Position numbers and translations under genes: made by a program. The notes under the pieces are model-generated. The model did not search any database, was not told where the DNA came from, and saw only the letters and a program-made list of their open reading frames with translations. A stretch of DNA of 63,599 nt, counting the filler, from Anaerolineae bacterium (GTDB taxonomy: Bacteria; Chloroflexota; Anaerolineae; Epilineales; Epilineaceae): the NCBI GenBank assembly GCA_029262755.1. It is 7 parts of 7 records of this genome, joined end to end, with 100 filler letters (N's around TTAATTAATTAA, not from the genome) between each part and the next. Parts side by side here need not be neighbours in the genome. Positions count along the whole stretch, not along the records: positions 15,642 to 22,024 come from JAJCYU010000002.1; positions 22,125 to 29,992 come from JAJCYU010000003.1; 5 more parts are not named here. One strand, 5' to 3'. Of the stretch, positions 18,078-28,500 are shown piece by piece. Position 1 is the first letter of the stretch. Every line of letters begins with the position of its first letter.

Positions 18078-18569
18078 ATGGTTGCCATCGATATCCCAAC
18101 ACTCGTGCGCTACAACGCATGGGCGAACGGCCGCCTGCTCGACGCGTGTGAGCAGCTCGCGAATGAAGCGTTCGTGCGAGACGCCGAACCGGATCCGGGC
18201 TGGGGAAGCCTGCGCGGGATCCTGGTCCACGCGCTCGACGCGGAATACGGCTGGCGCTGCGTCCTACAGGAAGAAGAGGACACGATCATTGATCCGTCCG
18301 ACTTCGCGGACGTGGCCGCGTTGAAGGCCCGTTGGGCCATCGAACACGCGGCGTGGGAGGACTATGTCGATCATCTCGAGCGCGAGAACGTCGATCTCGA
18401 AGGGGGGGCCGAGGAGGCGGGTGTCGGCACCATCTGGCAGACGATCCTGCACGTCATGATCCACAGCGTGCAGCACCGCAGCGAGGCGGCCGCGATCCTG
18501 ACGGGCCTTGGGCATTCGCCGGGTGAGCTGGACTTCGGCGTGTTTCTGAAGGAGGGGGGCGGGGCCTGA
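18078..18569 (+). CDS. DinB/YfiT family protein
   Basis: YNAWAN..LL, SLRGILVH and ILHVMIHSVQHRSE (His triad). AAGGAG RBS. Confidence 0.88.
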   Translation: MVAIDIPTLVRYNAWANGRLLDACEQLANEAFVRDAEPDPGWGSLRGILVHALDAEYGWRCVLQEEEDTIIDPSDFADVAALKARWAIEHAAWEDYVDHLERENVDLEGGAEEAGVGTIWQTILHVMIHSVQHRSEAAAILTGLGHSPGELDFGVFLKEGGGA

Positions 18570-18661
18570 CCGTAGCGAGCGTGCGCTGCGAGGACGGATC
18601 GAATCCGAGGTCTCGCGCTACGCGACGCGGGAGTCGAATCCGGCGGCCAATGGTCGCGCCC

Positions 18662-19387
18662 TTAGGGTTTTAGTAGTTGCAGCAGCGCTTGCAAATCGCT
18701 GCCTGTCTGTTCCATGTACACACCGGAGCGCCGATCCATCACCACGAGCAGGTACGCCGCGTGCGTGACGGTCGTCGAACCATGACCCTGTCTCGGGAAC
18801 GAACCAGACAGGATGATCGCCATGTCTATTGCATCACCATACGAAATCTGGTCCAAGGGAATTCCCAGTGCCTCCGCGTGCTCGGGGCCGATGCTACGGA
18901 ACGTCTCTATGGTGACGGGGGAGCCTGAGCTGTCGGCATAGGCATCGGCGATCTGCTGCGCGATGTCCGGGTCGGGCGTGCCGTAATAGATGCCGTCCCA
19001 TGGCAGGACAGGACTCGCCGTGACGAACGGGCCGCGCGTCGCGGTCGGCATTGCCGGCCTCACGGGTGTCTCAGCCGGCACGATGAAGTCCGGGGCCGCC
19101 GTCGCTGTGCCTGCCTGCTGGCGGCCCGTGCTCCCTGATGTTTGCGCCGAATCAGGTTGCTCCGTCAGGCTGCGCGTCGCGCTCGGTATTGCCGGCATCA
19201 CGGGGGTGTCGGCTGAGACAATGAAATCCGAGGCCGCTGTCGCTGTGCTTGCCTGCCGCTGGCCCGTGCTCTCTGATGTTTGCGCCGAACCAGGTTGCTC
19301 CGTCGAGGGACGCAATAGCCGGAGCGCGACGAAAAGCACAAGCCCGATGAACACGATCCGGATCCACGGTGCGGCAGTTGCCTTCAT
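18662..19387 (-). CDS. Hypothetical membrane-anchored protein with a 46-aa internal duplication
   Basis: N-terminal TM and GGAGA RBS. Two 46-aa repeats. Visibly lower GC than its neighbours. Confidence 0.7.
   Translation of the reverse strand: MKATAAPWIRIVFIGLVLFVALRLLRPSTEQPGSAQTSESTGQRQASTATAASDFIVSADTPVMPAIPSATRSLTEQPDSAQTSGSTGRQQAGTATAAPDFIVPAETPVRPAMPTATRGPFVTASPVLPWDGIYYGTPDPDIAQQIADAYADSSGSPVTIETFRSIGPEHAEALGIPLDQISYGDAIDMAIILSGSFPRQGHGSTTVTHAAYLLVVMDRRSGVYMEQTGSDLQALLQLLKP
19034..19304. repeat. 138-bp tandem duplication
   Basis: TTTGCGCCGAA.CAGGTTGCTCCGTC at 19141 and 19279. The flanks align at the same offset. Confidence 0.9.
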
Positions 19388-19746
19388 GGGTGCACGTCTC
19401 CATGCGATTCACGGTTGCGAGCAGTTCGTTGCCATTGTCACCGATGACAAGCATGGTGCCGCCGTCCTGCATCGCCCAAACCCGTTCTTGCGAAGTCGGG
19501 GGAGACGTCGACGCGGTTCGCAATGATGCGTGCAAAACTACGGGTCAGTGCCCGACCGTGGCTTGCTCGCCGTGAACCCGGCGGTAGACCGCGGCGTACC
19601 CGCCGCGACCCTACCCAGCCGCGCGGTACGGCAATCGAACTCGGCCCTCAATTACATCGCGACTAGCCTTCTCAACTTCCACCGCGCAATACGCCTCCCC
19701 ACTTTCTGGCTCCGATACCTGCTCCCCACTTCCGGAGGTCCCCTCC

Positions 19747-21063
19747 ATGCGCATATCGTCCCGCTTCGTGGCCGCGGGAGCCCTCTCCTTCGCGGCGCTC
19801 GCCGGCGCCTGTCGCCCCGCGCCGACGCCCCGTGACTCGGCGCTGCCGGACGAAGATGCAACCACCGTCGCCGTGGCCGACGTGGCGCCGACGGTGCGGT
19901 CCACCGTGCGCGCCACGGCGCGGCCCACGCAGCCGCCTACGCAGCCGGCGCCCACCGTGGTGGCGGACGCGCCGATCGTGGTCGGCAACCCAACGGGGCC
20001 CGGCAGCCGGCAGCCGAGCTTCGGGCAGGGGCGGGATGGACGGCTGTACCTGGCGTGGGTGGAGCCCGATCCCGAGGGCGACGACGCCGTGCGGGTCAGC
20101 GCGTGGGACGGAGCGGCCTGGGAGCCGGCGCGCACCGCGCACCGGGGCGAGCGCATCGTGAGTCACTGGACCGGCGCCCCGAGCGTCGCGGCCCTGGAGG
20201 ACGGGACGGTGGCCGTGACCTGGCTGGATGTGGCGCGTGGCGGCGGACACGGCAGCGATGTGCTCGTAGCCGTCTCGGGTGACGGCGGTCGCAGTTGGGG
20301 GCCGCCCAAGAGGCCCCATCCACCGGCTGGTCACGCCGAGAACGGCTTCGGCAGCCTAATGGCGGGGCCCACGGGATTCACCCTGCTGTGGCTGGACGGC
20401 GCACGCGGCGTAGGGGCCCTACGCGCCACGGATGTTCGGGCGAACGGCAGCGTCGGGGAGACCGACACCCTCGACTCCCTCGTGTGCGAGTGCTGCAGCG
20501 TGTCCGCAAGCGCCCTCTCGGACGAGGATGCGGTGGTCGTCTTCCGCGACCGAAGCATCGACGAGGTGCGTGACGTAGCCGCCGTAGTGCGTGACGCAGA
20601 CGGGTGGGCCAGGCCCGATCTCGTTTCGGCGACGGGCTGGACGGTGGCAGCGTGCCCGGTCAACGGCCCGGCCGTGGACGGCGAGGGAGCCCGCGCCGTC
20701 GCGGCCTGGTTCACCGGTCCCACGGACGTCGGGGCGCAGGTCTCGGCGGCCTTCAGCCAGGACGGGGGTCGCAGCTTCGGCCCCGCCATCGACCTGGGCG
20801 CCTACCGCCCGTCCGGGCAGGTGGACGCCGTGCTGCTGGAGGATGGCTCGGCCTGGGTGAGCGCCTTGGAATTGGGCGACCTTGTCGTGCGGCGTGTATC
20901 GGAGGCAGACGGTGTCGACCTCGCGCCGGTGGCCTTGGTGGACGGCGTGTCGTTGGCGGCCGGGCGGCCGCGCCTCGCGCGGTGGGGCGACACAGGCGTG
21001 GTGGCCTGGGCGGAGTCGGGCCGGGACGGCGGCGTACGGCTGGGAGCATGGCCCCTGCGCTGA
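19747..21063 (+). CDS. BNR/Asp-box (sialidase-fold) lipoprotein
   Basis: Lipobox LAGAC. Asp boxes SGDGGRSW and SQDGGRSF. VCECC and CPVNGP motifs. GGAGG RBS. Confidence 0.8.
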   Translation: MRISSRFVAAGALSFAALAGACRPAPTPRDSALPDEDATTVAVADVAPTVRSTVRATARPTQPPTQPAPTVVADAPIVVGNPTGPGSRQPSFGQGRDGRLYLAWVEPDPEGDDAVRVSAWDGAAWEPARTAHRGERIVSHWTGAPSVAALEDGTVAVTWLDVARGGGHGSDVLVAVSGDGGRSWGPPKRPHPPAGHAENGFGSLMAGPTGFTLLWLDGARGVGALRATDVRANGSVGETDTLDSLVCECCSVSASALSDEDAVVVFRDRSIDEVRDVAAVVRDADGWARPDLVSATGWTVAACPVNGPAVDGEGARAVAAWFTGPTDVGAQVSAAFSQDGGRSFGPAIDLGAYRPSGQVDAVLLEDGSAWVSALELGDLVVRRVSEADGVDLAPVALVDGVSLAAGRPRLARWGDTGVVAWAESGRDGGVRLGAWPLR

Positions 21064-21153
21064 GGCGGCGCGAGTTGGTGGACTGCCCGGAACCGATTCA
21101 CCATCGGCTGCCGCTAGCACCGCGACCCTGAGCGGTCGCCTCCAGGAACGCGC

Positions 21154-21885
21154 TCAGAGCGCTCGAACTTCGGCCAGCCGTACTACGGCGTATTCGTCGT
21201 CCCAGCAGACGGCTGCTTCCCACGCGGCCGACGCCTGTGCGGCGATGTCGAGCGTGCCGTCGTCGAGCCCGGCGGCGTTGTCAGGCAGCACGAGGTCGAG
21301 CTCGGGAACGTCGACGTGAGCCTCGTCCCAGTCGATCAGCGCGACCCGATCCGCGGTGATGCGCACGTTGCCGGGATTGGGGTCGCCGTGGACGACGCAG
21401 GTCGGGCGTCCCGCGAGCCGCGCCCACGCAGCGCGGCATCGCGCAACGCCCTCCGGCGGCATCGCGCCGAGGTCGATTTTCGTTCCCGTCTCAGCGTGGA
21501 GGAGGTCGGTCGACGAGCGCCATCCGGGGCGCTGCGGCCAGCCTTGCGTCGCGCGATGCAGCCGGCGGAGCGTGTCGGCCACGCGGCGCCAGTCGGCCTC
21601 CGTCTCCGGCGCTTCGCCTTCGACGTAGGTCATCACGAGCAGGCCGTCGGCAAAGGGCCGGCCATCCGTTGTCGGGAGCGGCAGTGGCACGGCAAGGCCC
21701 TTCCGGTCGAGGTGGCGGAGGAGCTCGACCTCCCACGCGAGATCGGCGTCGTTCCGTGCGCCCAGTCGAGCGACCGCGCGCTGCCCGTCGACGCGCACGG
21801 GCCACACGTCGTTCGCGACACCGCCGGAAAGCGCATTGATGCGGACGGCGTCGTCGCCCCACTGCTTGAGTGCTTCCCAGGTCAA
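21154..21885 (-). CDS. Aminoglycoside phosphotransferase/choline kinase-like (APH) family protein
   Basis: LSGGVANDVW, Brenner-like VHGDPNPGNV and LIDWD. TTG start with AAGGA RBS. Confidence 0.85.
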   Translation of the reverse strand: MTWEALKQWGDDAVRINALSGGVANDVWPVRVDGQRAVARLGARNDADLAWEVELLRHLDRKGLAVPLPLPTTDGRPFADGLLVMTYVEGEAPETEADWRRVADTLRRLHRATQGWPQRPGWRSSTDLLHAETGTKIDLGAMPPEGVARCRAAWARLAGRPTCVVHGDPNPGNVRITADRVALIDWDEAHVDVPELDLVLPDNAAGLDDGTLDIAAQASAAWEAAVCWDDEYAVVRLAEVRAL

Positions 21886-22024
21886 AGAGGGGGTCCTTGC
21901 TGAAGGAGCGGGTGTCGGCGTATCGGGGAGGACGGACGCTGGATGGAGCCCTTCGAACGCTTTGGGTCGCGGCCTGTGCCGCGGGACCGTCGTCGCCGAG
22001 CGGATCATTGTAGGATACGGGATT

Positions 22025-22124
22025 NNNNNNNNNNNNNNNNNNNNNNNNNNNNNNNNNNNNNNNNNNNNTTAATTAATTAANNNNNNNNNNNNNNNNNNNN
22101 NNNNNNNNNNNNNNNNNNNNNNNN
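22025..22124. other. Artificial contig linker
   Basis: N44-TTAATTAATTAA-N44. Confidence 0.99.
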
Positions 22125-22126
22125 CC

Positions 22127-22960
22127 ATCGCGCGCGCCAACCGCCGGGCGGGCGATCCCTTCGCCTTGGCATTCACCCTCCTCCTGCTGCCTTTGGCCTG
22201 GCAGGCACGTGACCAAAGGCGTTGGTGGCTATCGTGGTTGGCGGGCGCCGGAATCGTGTACCTCGCAGCGCGGGTGCTGTTCTTTCAACTCGGCTTTCCC
22301 GATCGGGCGCTCAAGTTCACGTTGCCCGTGCTGGGCGTCCTCCTACCCGCCCTGGCATGGTCCGGCGCAGGACGATTGCGCCCATCGTGGATCCTACCCG
22401 CGCGCATCGCCGTCGCCGTTCTGTGCGCCGGCGTGCTGCTCGCCTACCCCATCGGCCTTACCGGCGCCGAGCCGCGCAGCCTCGACGTATCCGCCGATCG
22501 CGCGCTGCTGGACGCCGTCGCCGCGCTGCCGTCGAACGTGCTGATCGTCGGCTGGCCCGACGGACCGGCCGAGAACATCCCGCTGCTGGCCGGCCGCGAA
22601 CTCTGGGTGGACCACGAGCACGCGCATCCGATCTACCGCGACTATCACGCGGAGATCGACGCCCGGCTCGAAAGCACGCTGCAGCTGATCTTCGCGACCT
22701 CGGAGGCCGAGGCCGCGGCGTTGCGCGACCGGACGGGGCTCACGCACCTCGTGCTCACGCCGCGGCTCTACGATCCGGAGCGCAACCTTCCGAGCATCCA
22801 CCAGCCTTTCCGCGACCGCGCGCAGGCGCTCCGCGACGCGGCCGACGGGCAGCAGCTGATCTTCGCGTCCCCGGACCCGGCATGGGTGCTCCACGACGAC
22901 GGTCATGCCGTGCTCATCGACCTGGCCGCGTTGCGTGGCGGGGCGGAGGGCGGTCGTTAG
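22127..22960 (+). CDS. C-terminal part of a multi-pass membrane protein with an extracytoplasmic tail (GT-C-like architecture possible)
   Basis: Open from the contig start. Several TM segments followed by a soluble domain. Strong coding codon bias. Confidence 0.7.
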   Translation: MARANRRAGDPFALAFTLLLLPLAWQARDQRRWWLSWLAGAGIVYLAARVLFFQLGFPDRALKFTLPVLGVLLPALAWSGAGRLRPSWILPARIAVAVLCAGVLLAYPIGLTGAEPRSLDVSADRALLDAVAALPSNVLIVGWPDGPAENIPLLAGRELWVDHEHAHPIYRDYHAEIDARLESTLQLIFATSEAEAAALRDRTGLTHLVLTPRLYDPERNLPSIHQPFRDRAQALRDAADGQQLIFASPDPAWVLHDDGHAVLIDLAALRGGAEGGR

Positions 22961-23232
22961 CGGCGGACGGGCGTTGAAGAACGTCGACCAGCACGACATC
23001 GAGGAATCCCTAACGCGGCCTCCGGTCGTGCAGCGGCATTTGGCCGTGCAACTCCCCGTGTCCATCTCACCCCTGTCACCGTAGCGCGAAGGCTGTTCAC
23101 GGCGGAGATCGGCGACGCGTGGTCGCTCCGAACCGTCGCCGGTCGGACGCCCGTCGGGCGGGCATCGGCTACGCGACCGACCGGCGTTGGCGATTCGTAT
23201 GGGGAGCGCCATGTGCCCGATGGTTTCATCTA

Positions 23233-23262
23233 TTGACACACCCTATGCGCTCGTCGTAGGCT
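23233..23262 (+). promoter_or_regulatory. Sigma70-type promoter
   Basis: TTGACA-N18-TAGGCT, 40 nt upstream of ATG 23303. Confidence 0.6.
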
Positions 23263-23302
23263 GGGAACCCCTGGGACGGGGGTCGCCAATAGGAGCGACA
23301 CG

Positions 23303-23764
23303 ATGCGCAAGGCACTGTTTTTCCTGGCCGTCAGCTCGATCGTTTTCGCCAGCCTTATCTTGGTCTTCGACCGCCCAACCGACGTGGAGGCCGCCAGCCC
23401 CTGCCGCGAAGGCTACGCCATCGGCGCGTGGGATCTGCCCGCTGGCGGCGCGGGAAGCGTCGAAGGCAAGTTGATCTACCAAGGCCAATCGGTCTTCGCA
23501 CTCTACGCGGATCTCCAAGGTAGCCGGACGGCCGGCACGTTGCGCGGCCGGCTGGTGGACGCCAACGGCAGCACCTTCGCCGTGGTCGAGGGTCGCTACG
23601 AGGGCACGGCCGCTGGTCGCGGATCCTTCCGCGCCACCATCAAGCCGCCGCCCTTCGGCTCGAACACCTTCGAGGGCAAGATCGCCGGCGAGTACGAGGA
23701 CCGCGCGGGACTGCCCGACCCCGTAGGCAAGTTCAAGGCCGAGTGGATCATCTGCCCGAACTAG
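23303..23764 (+). CDS. Small secreted Gly-rich beta protein of unknown function
   Basis: AGGAG RBS. Signal peptide ending VEA. Alternating beta-strand pattern. One Cys near each end of the mature chain. Confidence 0.8.
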   Translation: MRKALFFLAVSSIVFASLILVFDRPTDVEAASPCREGYAIGAWDLPAGGAGSVEGKLIYQGQSVFALYADLQGSRTAGTLRGRLVDANGSTFAVVEGRYEGTAAGRGSFRATIKPPPFGSNTFEGKIAGEYEDRAGLPDPVGKFKAEWIICPN

Positions 23765-23850
23765 CGCCTCGCAACAACCTACACCGGGCCCGCCCGATCC
23801 GAGCACAGCAGCCGAGCACAACGCGTTCATCGCCGGACCGAGAACCCGGA

Positions 23851-23885
23851 CCGAAGGGGATCGACGTTTCGTCGATCCCCTTCGG
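23851..23885. terminator. Perfect 16-bp hairpin after the secreted-protein gene
   Basis: CCGAAGGGGATCGACG-TTT-CGTCGATCCCCTTCGG. Weak U-tract. Confidence 0.65.
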
Positions 23886-24076
23886 CGTGGTTCGGCGCGT
23901 AGCGGTGCGATGGGCAGGGATCCAGCGATAGGGCGAATGGGCACGTGACGGACGATGAGCTCGGGCGGCATCGCATGCGGCGAGACGAATGTTCGATTCG
24001 CATCTGGCCTCGCACGGGGTTCCGACGTTATGCTCGTAGACGGCCCAGCCGTCCCCCCGGAACCTGGAGGTCGCCC

Positions 24077-25249
24077 ATGAACGTGTCGAACCCACGCATG
24101 CTGGTGCTCTCGAGCATCCTCGGCGTCGCCGTCGTAGCGCTCGCGACGCCCGTCGCACAGCTGCGCCCGACGACGCAGAGCGTCCACGTCGCCGCGCAGG
24201 GCACGTGGCGTCTCTACGGTCACGACAACGCGAGCTCGACCATCATCGAAATCGACACGGCCACCGGCGCCGCAACGACCGTGGGCGCCACAGGCATCGC
24301 ATCGGGATCGTCGGGCATGGCCACCGCGCGGGACACGGTGCCGGGCCCCGGCGGGGCACGCTATCCGGCCGGCACGCACTTCGGCCTGCTCACGGACAAC
24401 GGGCGGTTTGCCGACTACGTGGTGGCCGTGGACACGACGAACGGCTCCGTGAAGGACGTCGTGCGCACCTCGCGCGGCATCGGGGGCCGCGGCGTTGCCT
24501 TCGGCCCGGACGGTCGCACGTTCTTCGTCATGGAATCCGACGGCCGACTCTCCACGATCGACACCGTCACCGGCGATGTCGTCTCCGTCGGCACCACACG
24601 TACGGCGGGCGGCTCACGGGTCGCCGCGGACAACCTGGAGTGGGACCCCGATCGCGGCCAGTTCGTGATCCTGGCCGGCGGTTCGCCGCGCATGCTCTAC
24701 CACATCGATCCCGCGTCGGCCGCGGCGAGCCCGATCGGACGCCTCGACGGCGTGGACGCGTGCACGATCGCGCGCGCTCCGGGCCCCGTCGCGGGACCGG
24801 GTGGGATCACGCTGCCGGCGGGCACGTGGTTCACCGTCAGCCGTAGCGGCGGCGGCCGCCTGGTGACCTTCGAGTTCAACGCGGCCGCCGGGGCGGCACG
24901 CATCGGACATGATATCGGCCGCTTGTCGAACCGTTCGTCGATGACCTCGGTGTGCGGCACCGCCTTCGCCGAGCCGCGCCGCCTGCCGACCCCCGAGCCG
25001 CCGACGCCCGTCCCGCCCCCCACTCGCTGCGTCTGCGGCGACGTCCTGCGCCGGGTCCCGCAGATCGAGATCGACCGCATCCTCGCCGATCCGGCCTCCA
25101 CCTACGGCTGGCGCTGGCCGCTCAACCCGAACCTCGCCCCCGGACCACACAACCCGCCCCGAACCTGCCTCTCGCTGAACAACCCGAACATCGACTACCA
25201 CCCGAGCTTCAACCGCCCGGTCTGGCGCGTTGGGTGCTTGCGCCGATAG
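24077..25249 (+). CDS. Secreted beta-propeller-like protein with Pro linker and Cys/Pro/Asn-rich C-terminal domain
   Basis: GGAGG RBS and signal peptide. Repeated IDT.TG....VG blades. PTPEPPTPVPP linker. Confidence 0.82.
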   Translation: MNVSNPRMLVLSSILGVAVVALATPVAQLRPTTQSVHVAAQGTWRLYGHDNASSTIIEIDTATGAATTVGATGIASGSSGMATARDTVPGPGGARYPAGTHFGLLTDNGRFADYVVAVDTTNGSVKDVVRTSRGIGGRGVAFGPDGRTFFVMESDGRLSTIDTVTGDVVSVGTTRTAGGSRVAADNLEWDPDRGQFVILAGGSPRMLYHIDPASAAASPIGRLDGVDACTIARAPGPVAGPGGITLPAGTWFTVSRSGGGRLVTFEFNAAAGAARIGHDIGRLSNRSSMTSVCGTAFAEPRRLPTPEPPTPVPPPTRCVCGDVLRRVPQIEIDRILADPASTYGWRWPLNPNLAPGPHNPPRTCLSLNNPNIDYHPSFNRPVWRVGCLRR

Positions 25250-25372
25250 GGCGGGGCCCGTGGGCGTTGGAGGGCACTCGCAGACACTGGGTGCGTTCGC
25301 ATTCCAACGGGTCGTCCAAAAGCGCCGGTTCGCACGGCTCGAGGCCACCATTCGCACCTCGCGAGCCCATAG

Positions 25373-25413
25373 GAAGAGGGGCCGGACGAATCGTCCGGCC
25401 CCTCTTCGTTATT
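25373..25413. terminator. Terminator hairpin between convergent genes
   Basis: GAAGAGGGGCCGGACG-AAT-CGTCCGGCCCCTCTTC followed by GTTATT. Confidence 0.75.
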
Positions 25414-25519
25414 GCTGCTATGAATCGCGAGGCACTAGCTCGGCCGGTTCACCCGGCTCTTCCGCGATCGCGATGAAGTTCCACGGGATCATGCCCCGTG
25501 TTCCGTCCGCTCATTACGG

Positions 25520-28500
25520 CTACCGATGCGCCAACGGCAGGTAGATCGTCGGCGACATGGAGGGTCCGTCCGCGAGCGGCGGCATCGGCGGGTCCTCCTT
25601 CGGGTCCGGCGGGTTGGACGGGTCTATGCCGAAGTGCATCAGGGTCGCACGCAGCAGTTCCTCGCGCTGGTCCTCGTCGGCGACGGCCTCCAGGCCGAAG
25701 CCCATAAGGACGGAGTGCTCGGTGGAAAGGATCGCGTTGCCCTCCAGTTCCGGGAACACGTCGGCGCCGGCCAGTACGAATTGCGCTTCCGGCTCGGTCG
25801 GCTCGCCCTCCACGACGACCGGAAGGCCGGAGACCTCCCACGCGCCGAGATCCGTCTCGAAGTCCGCCAGGTCGAGGGTGGCGCCATCGACCTCGACGCG
25901 CATGTCGTCGAGGAATACACCGGTGACGGCCCTGACAGAGCTGAGGTAGGTCACGTAGAGCTCGACCTGCTTGCCGGCATACGCGGAGAGGTCGATCGAC
26001 CATTCCTCCCAGCCCTCCGAACCGCCCGTCGCGGCCCACCACGCGCCGGAAGTGCCATCCGGGCGGCAGCCGCTCGGGGTCGTGTCGTCCGGCGTCATGT
26101 AATGCGCAATCTGCGGGAAGAAGTCGAACCAAGTCGCGCTCCAGCAGGAGAGGGCGTCGGCCTGGTTGTTGTGCCCGTTGGTGTCGGGCAGGGTCGTCCA
26201 ATCTTCCTCTCCGATCGTACGCGCCTCAACGATGAGGGCGTCGAAGCGCAGTCGTGCCTGGCGCAGGATTCCGAACTCGAGCTTCGCGTCCGTCGCCGCG
26301 CTCAGATCGAGCGTACGGCCGACGCGCTGGTACTCGGAGCTCGTCTCGCCGGAGTAGAGGACGCCGTCACCCGAAAGCGGCTTGAAGCCGCCGCCTTCCC
26401 AGGCCGCGGAGGGCGCGGCCACGAAGAGCGGGTACTCCTCGGCGGGCATCTGCTCGCTCGTCGGTTGATAGACCACGCCACGGTCGGCCGCGGTCACGCT
26501 GTCGCCGCCCAAGGTGATGCGCAGATCCGCGAAGGGCGCCTCCTTGCCGACGATTTCCGCACCGCCCACCCCGACGGCCTCGTTGTAGTTCCATGCCCCG
26601 AGGTAGTAGCGGAAGAAGTCGTACTTCAGCGTCTCGCAGCCGTCCGCGCTGGTCTGACGGTCGCAAGGATCATTGGAGAAGGGATCGAACTCGAAGCTGC
26701 TCGCGTAAGGGCGGCCGGCGTATTGGCCTAGGTGCCACAGCGAGCCGCCCTCGTTGAGGTAGTCGCGCATGGCGAGCTGGATATCGCGGGCGGCAAGGCT
26801 CACCGTGCCGTCCATCATGCCTTCGTCCCGCATGGCGCGGTCGTCGCCGGTGTACCAGATGACGGCATCGTAGTGCGACAGGATGCCGAGCGGCGACGGC
26901 GACATGCGGTCGCGGGCGTCGACGTCGTACACGTCGTAGCCCAGGTCGGCCGCGCTCAGGGCTTGCTCGTAGGCTGCCAGGTGCGGCGGGGCGTCCACGC
27001 CGCTGTGGTCGGGGTCGATGCCGGTGTAGTCCTCGGCCGCGACGACGAGCACGCGATGGCCGTTGTCGGAGACCTGCTCGTAGGTGAAGGGCGCGCTGGC
27101 GACGGCGGGCATCGAGCCCGTACCGGCACCGAGTTCCGGCTCGCCCTCACCCTCGAACCACACGGTGACCTCATCGCCCGGATCGGCGCCGACCACCAGC
27201 CCGCGCACGCGGCGGAAGTGGACGTCGCCGTCCGCGCCGTAGCGCTCGCCGCCTTCCCACTCGCTCGTGGTCTGGCGGTAGGTCGGGCCGTCGTTGATCT
27301 GGTAGTACATCGTAATCTCGCCGAGGCGACGCAGCGCCGTGGCTTGGACCGGCTGCGGGTCGCCGTAGGACCACGTGAACTCGTCCACGTAGATGCCCTC
27401 TATCGTGCGCCCGATCGCGCTGATGGGGTTCGTGGGATCCGCCGTGGACCGCGCGATGCTCAGCGCGAAGGGCAGGTTGCGCTCGAACTCTTCCTGGATC
27501 AGCTCTTCGTTGTCCGGGAACTCGAAGCCGCTGGTGCCCGGCTCCACGCTGCCCTGGGGCGGGGTGGAGAGCTCCGGCGTGTAGCAGAGCGTACCGGCCT
27601 TGGCGTGCGCGTAGTCGCAGGTCTCGCCGTTGGTGATGTACAGGCCGGCGCTGAGCATCGGCTCGAAGCCCTCGACCGCCGGATCGAAGAAGTCGCCGGC
27701 CAGCGCAGAGTAGATCGCGTCATCCGCAGTGCGGGTCTCGTCCTGCCAGCCGTCCGGCCACAGGATGAGTTCCGCCGCGGAGTGGAAGTTGAGCATGAGC
27801 CCGATGTCGATGCGCTGGAGCAAGTTCTCAAGCGCCGCAACCATCGGTTCGGAGCCCGGACCGGGGCCGCGGTACGTCGCGCTCCGGTTGTTGCCGGACG
27901 AGCCGGCCGTGTCGTAGTTCCAGCGTGAGGAGAAGTTGCGGTTCGGATCGACGCCGTCTTCCGCGGTGATCTCGCCGTCGTCGTCGTTGTCGCGCAGGTT
28001 CTTGCGCCACAAGCGGTTGTTCTCCGTAAACGTGTGCTCGTAGCCGTCCGGGTTGGCCACAACGACGAACCACATCTCGGTTGTGTCGATCATGGCCGTG
28101 ATCTCTTCGTCCACGCCATCGTTGTCCAAGATGTGGTGGAGCAGCCTGCGGTTGACCTCCACCGCGATCCACTCGCGGGCGTGCTGCAGGGAGTTGTAAA
28201 GAGCGGCCGGCCGCGTGCCCTGCTCGACGTTGTTCGCATCACGGGTCACGCGCAGCGCAAGGATCTCGCGATCCTGATGGGTCGTGCCGATCACGACGCG
28301 CTCGATGATGTCGGGATGATCGAGAACGGTCTGCTCGAGCTCGTCCCGAATGCCGCCCTCTTCGTCATAAGAGCGCCAGACGTTGAAGCCCTCTTGCAAG
28401 GCCACGTCCGCTGTATGGCTGTAGGTCATGCCGGTTGCCGGATCGCGCCAGAGGCGGGGCGTACGTCCCTGAAGCCCCAGCTCCGCGGCCTCCTCTGCGT

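Noticed and set aside
18570..18655. tRNA-like fragments (TCGAATCC twice, ending GGCCA)
   Set aside because: No cloverleaf, D-arm or anticodon arm can be built. More likely an imperfect hairpin between convergent genes.
21154..21885. APH-family gene as an antibiotic resistance determinant
   Set aside because: Only general kinase-fold motifs are present. There is no mobile context and no recognisable similarity to clinical aph genes.
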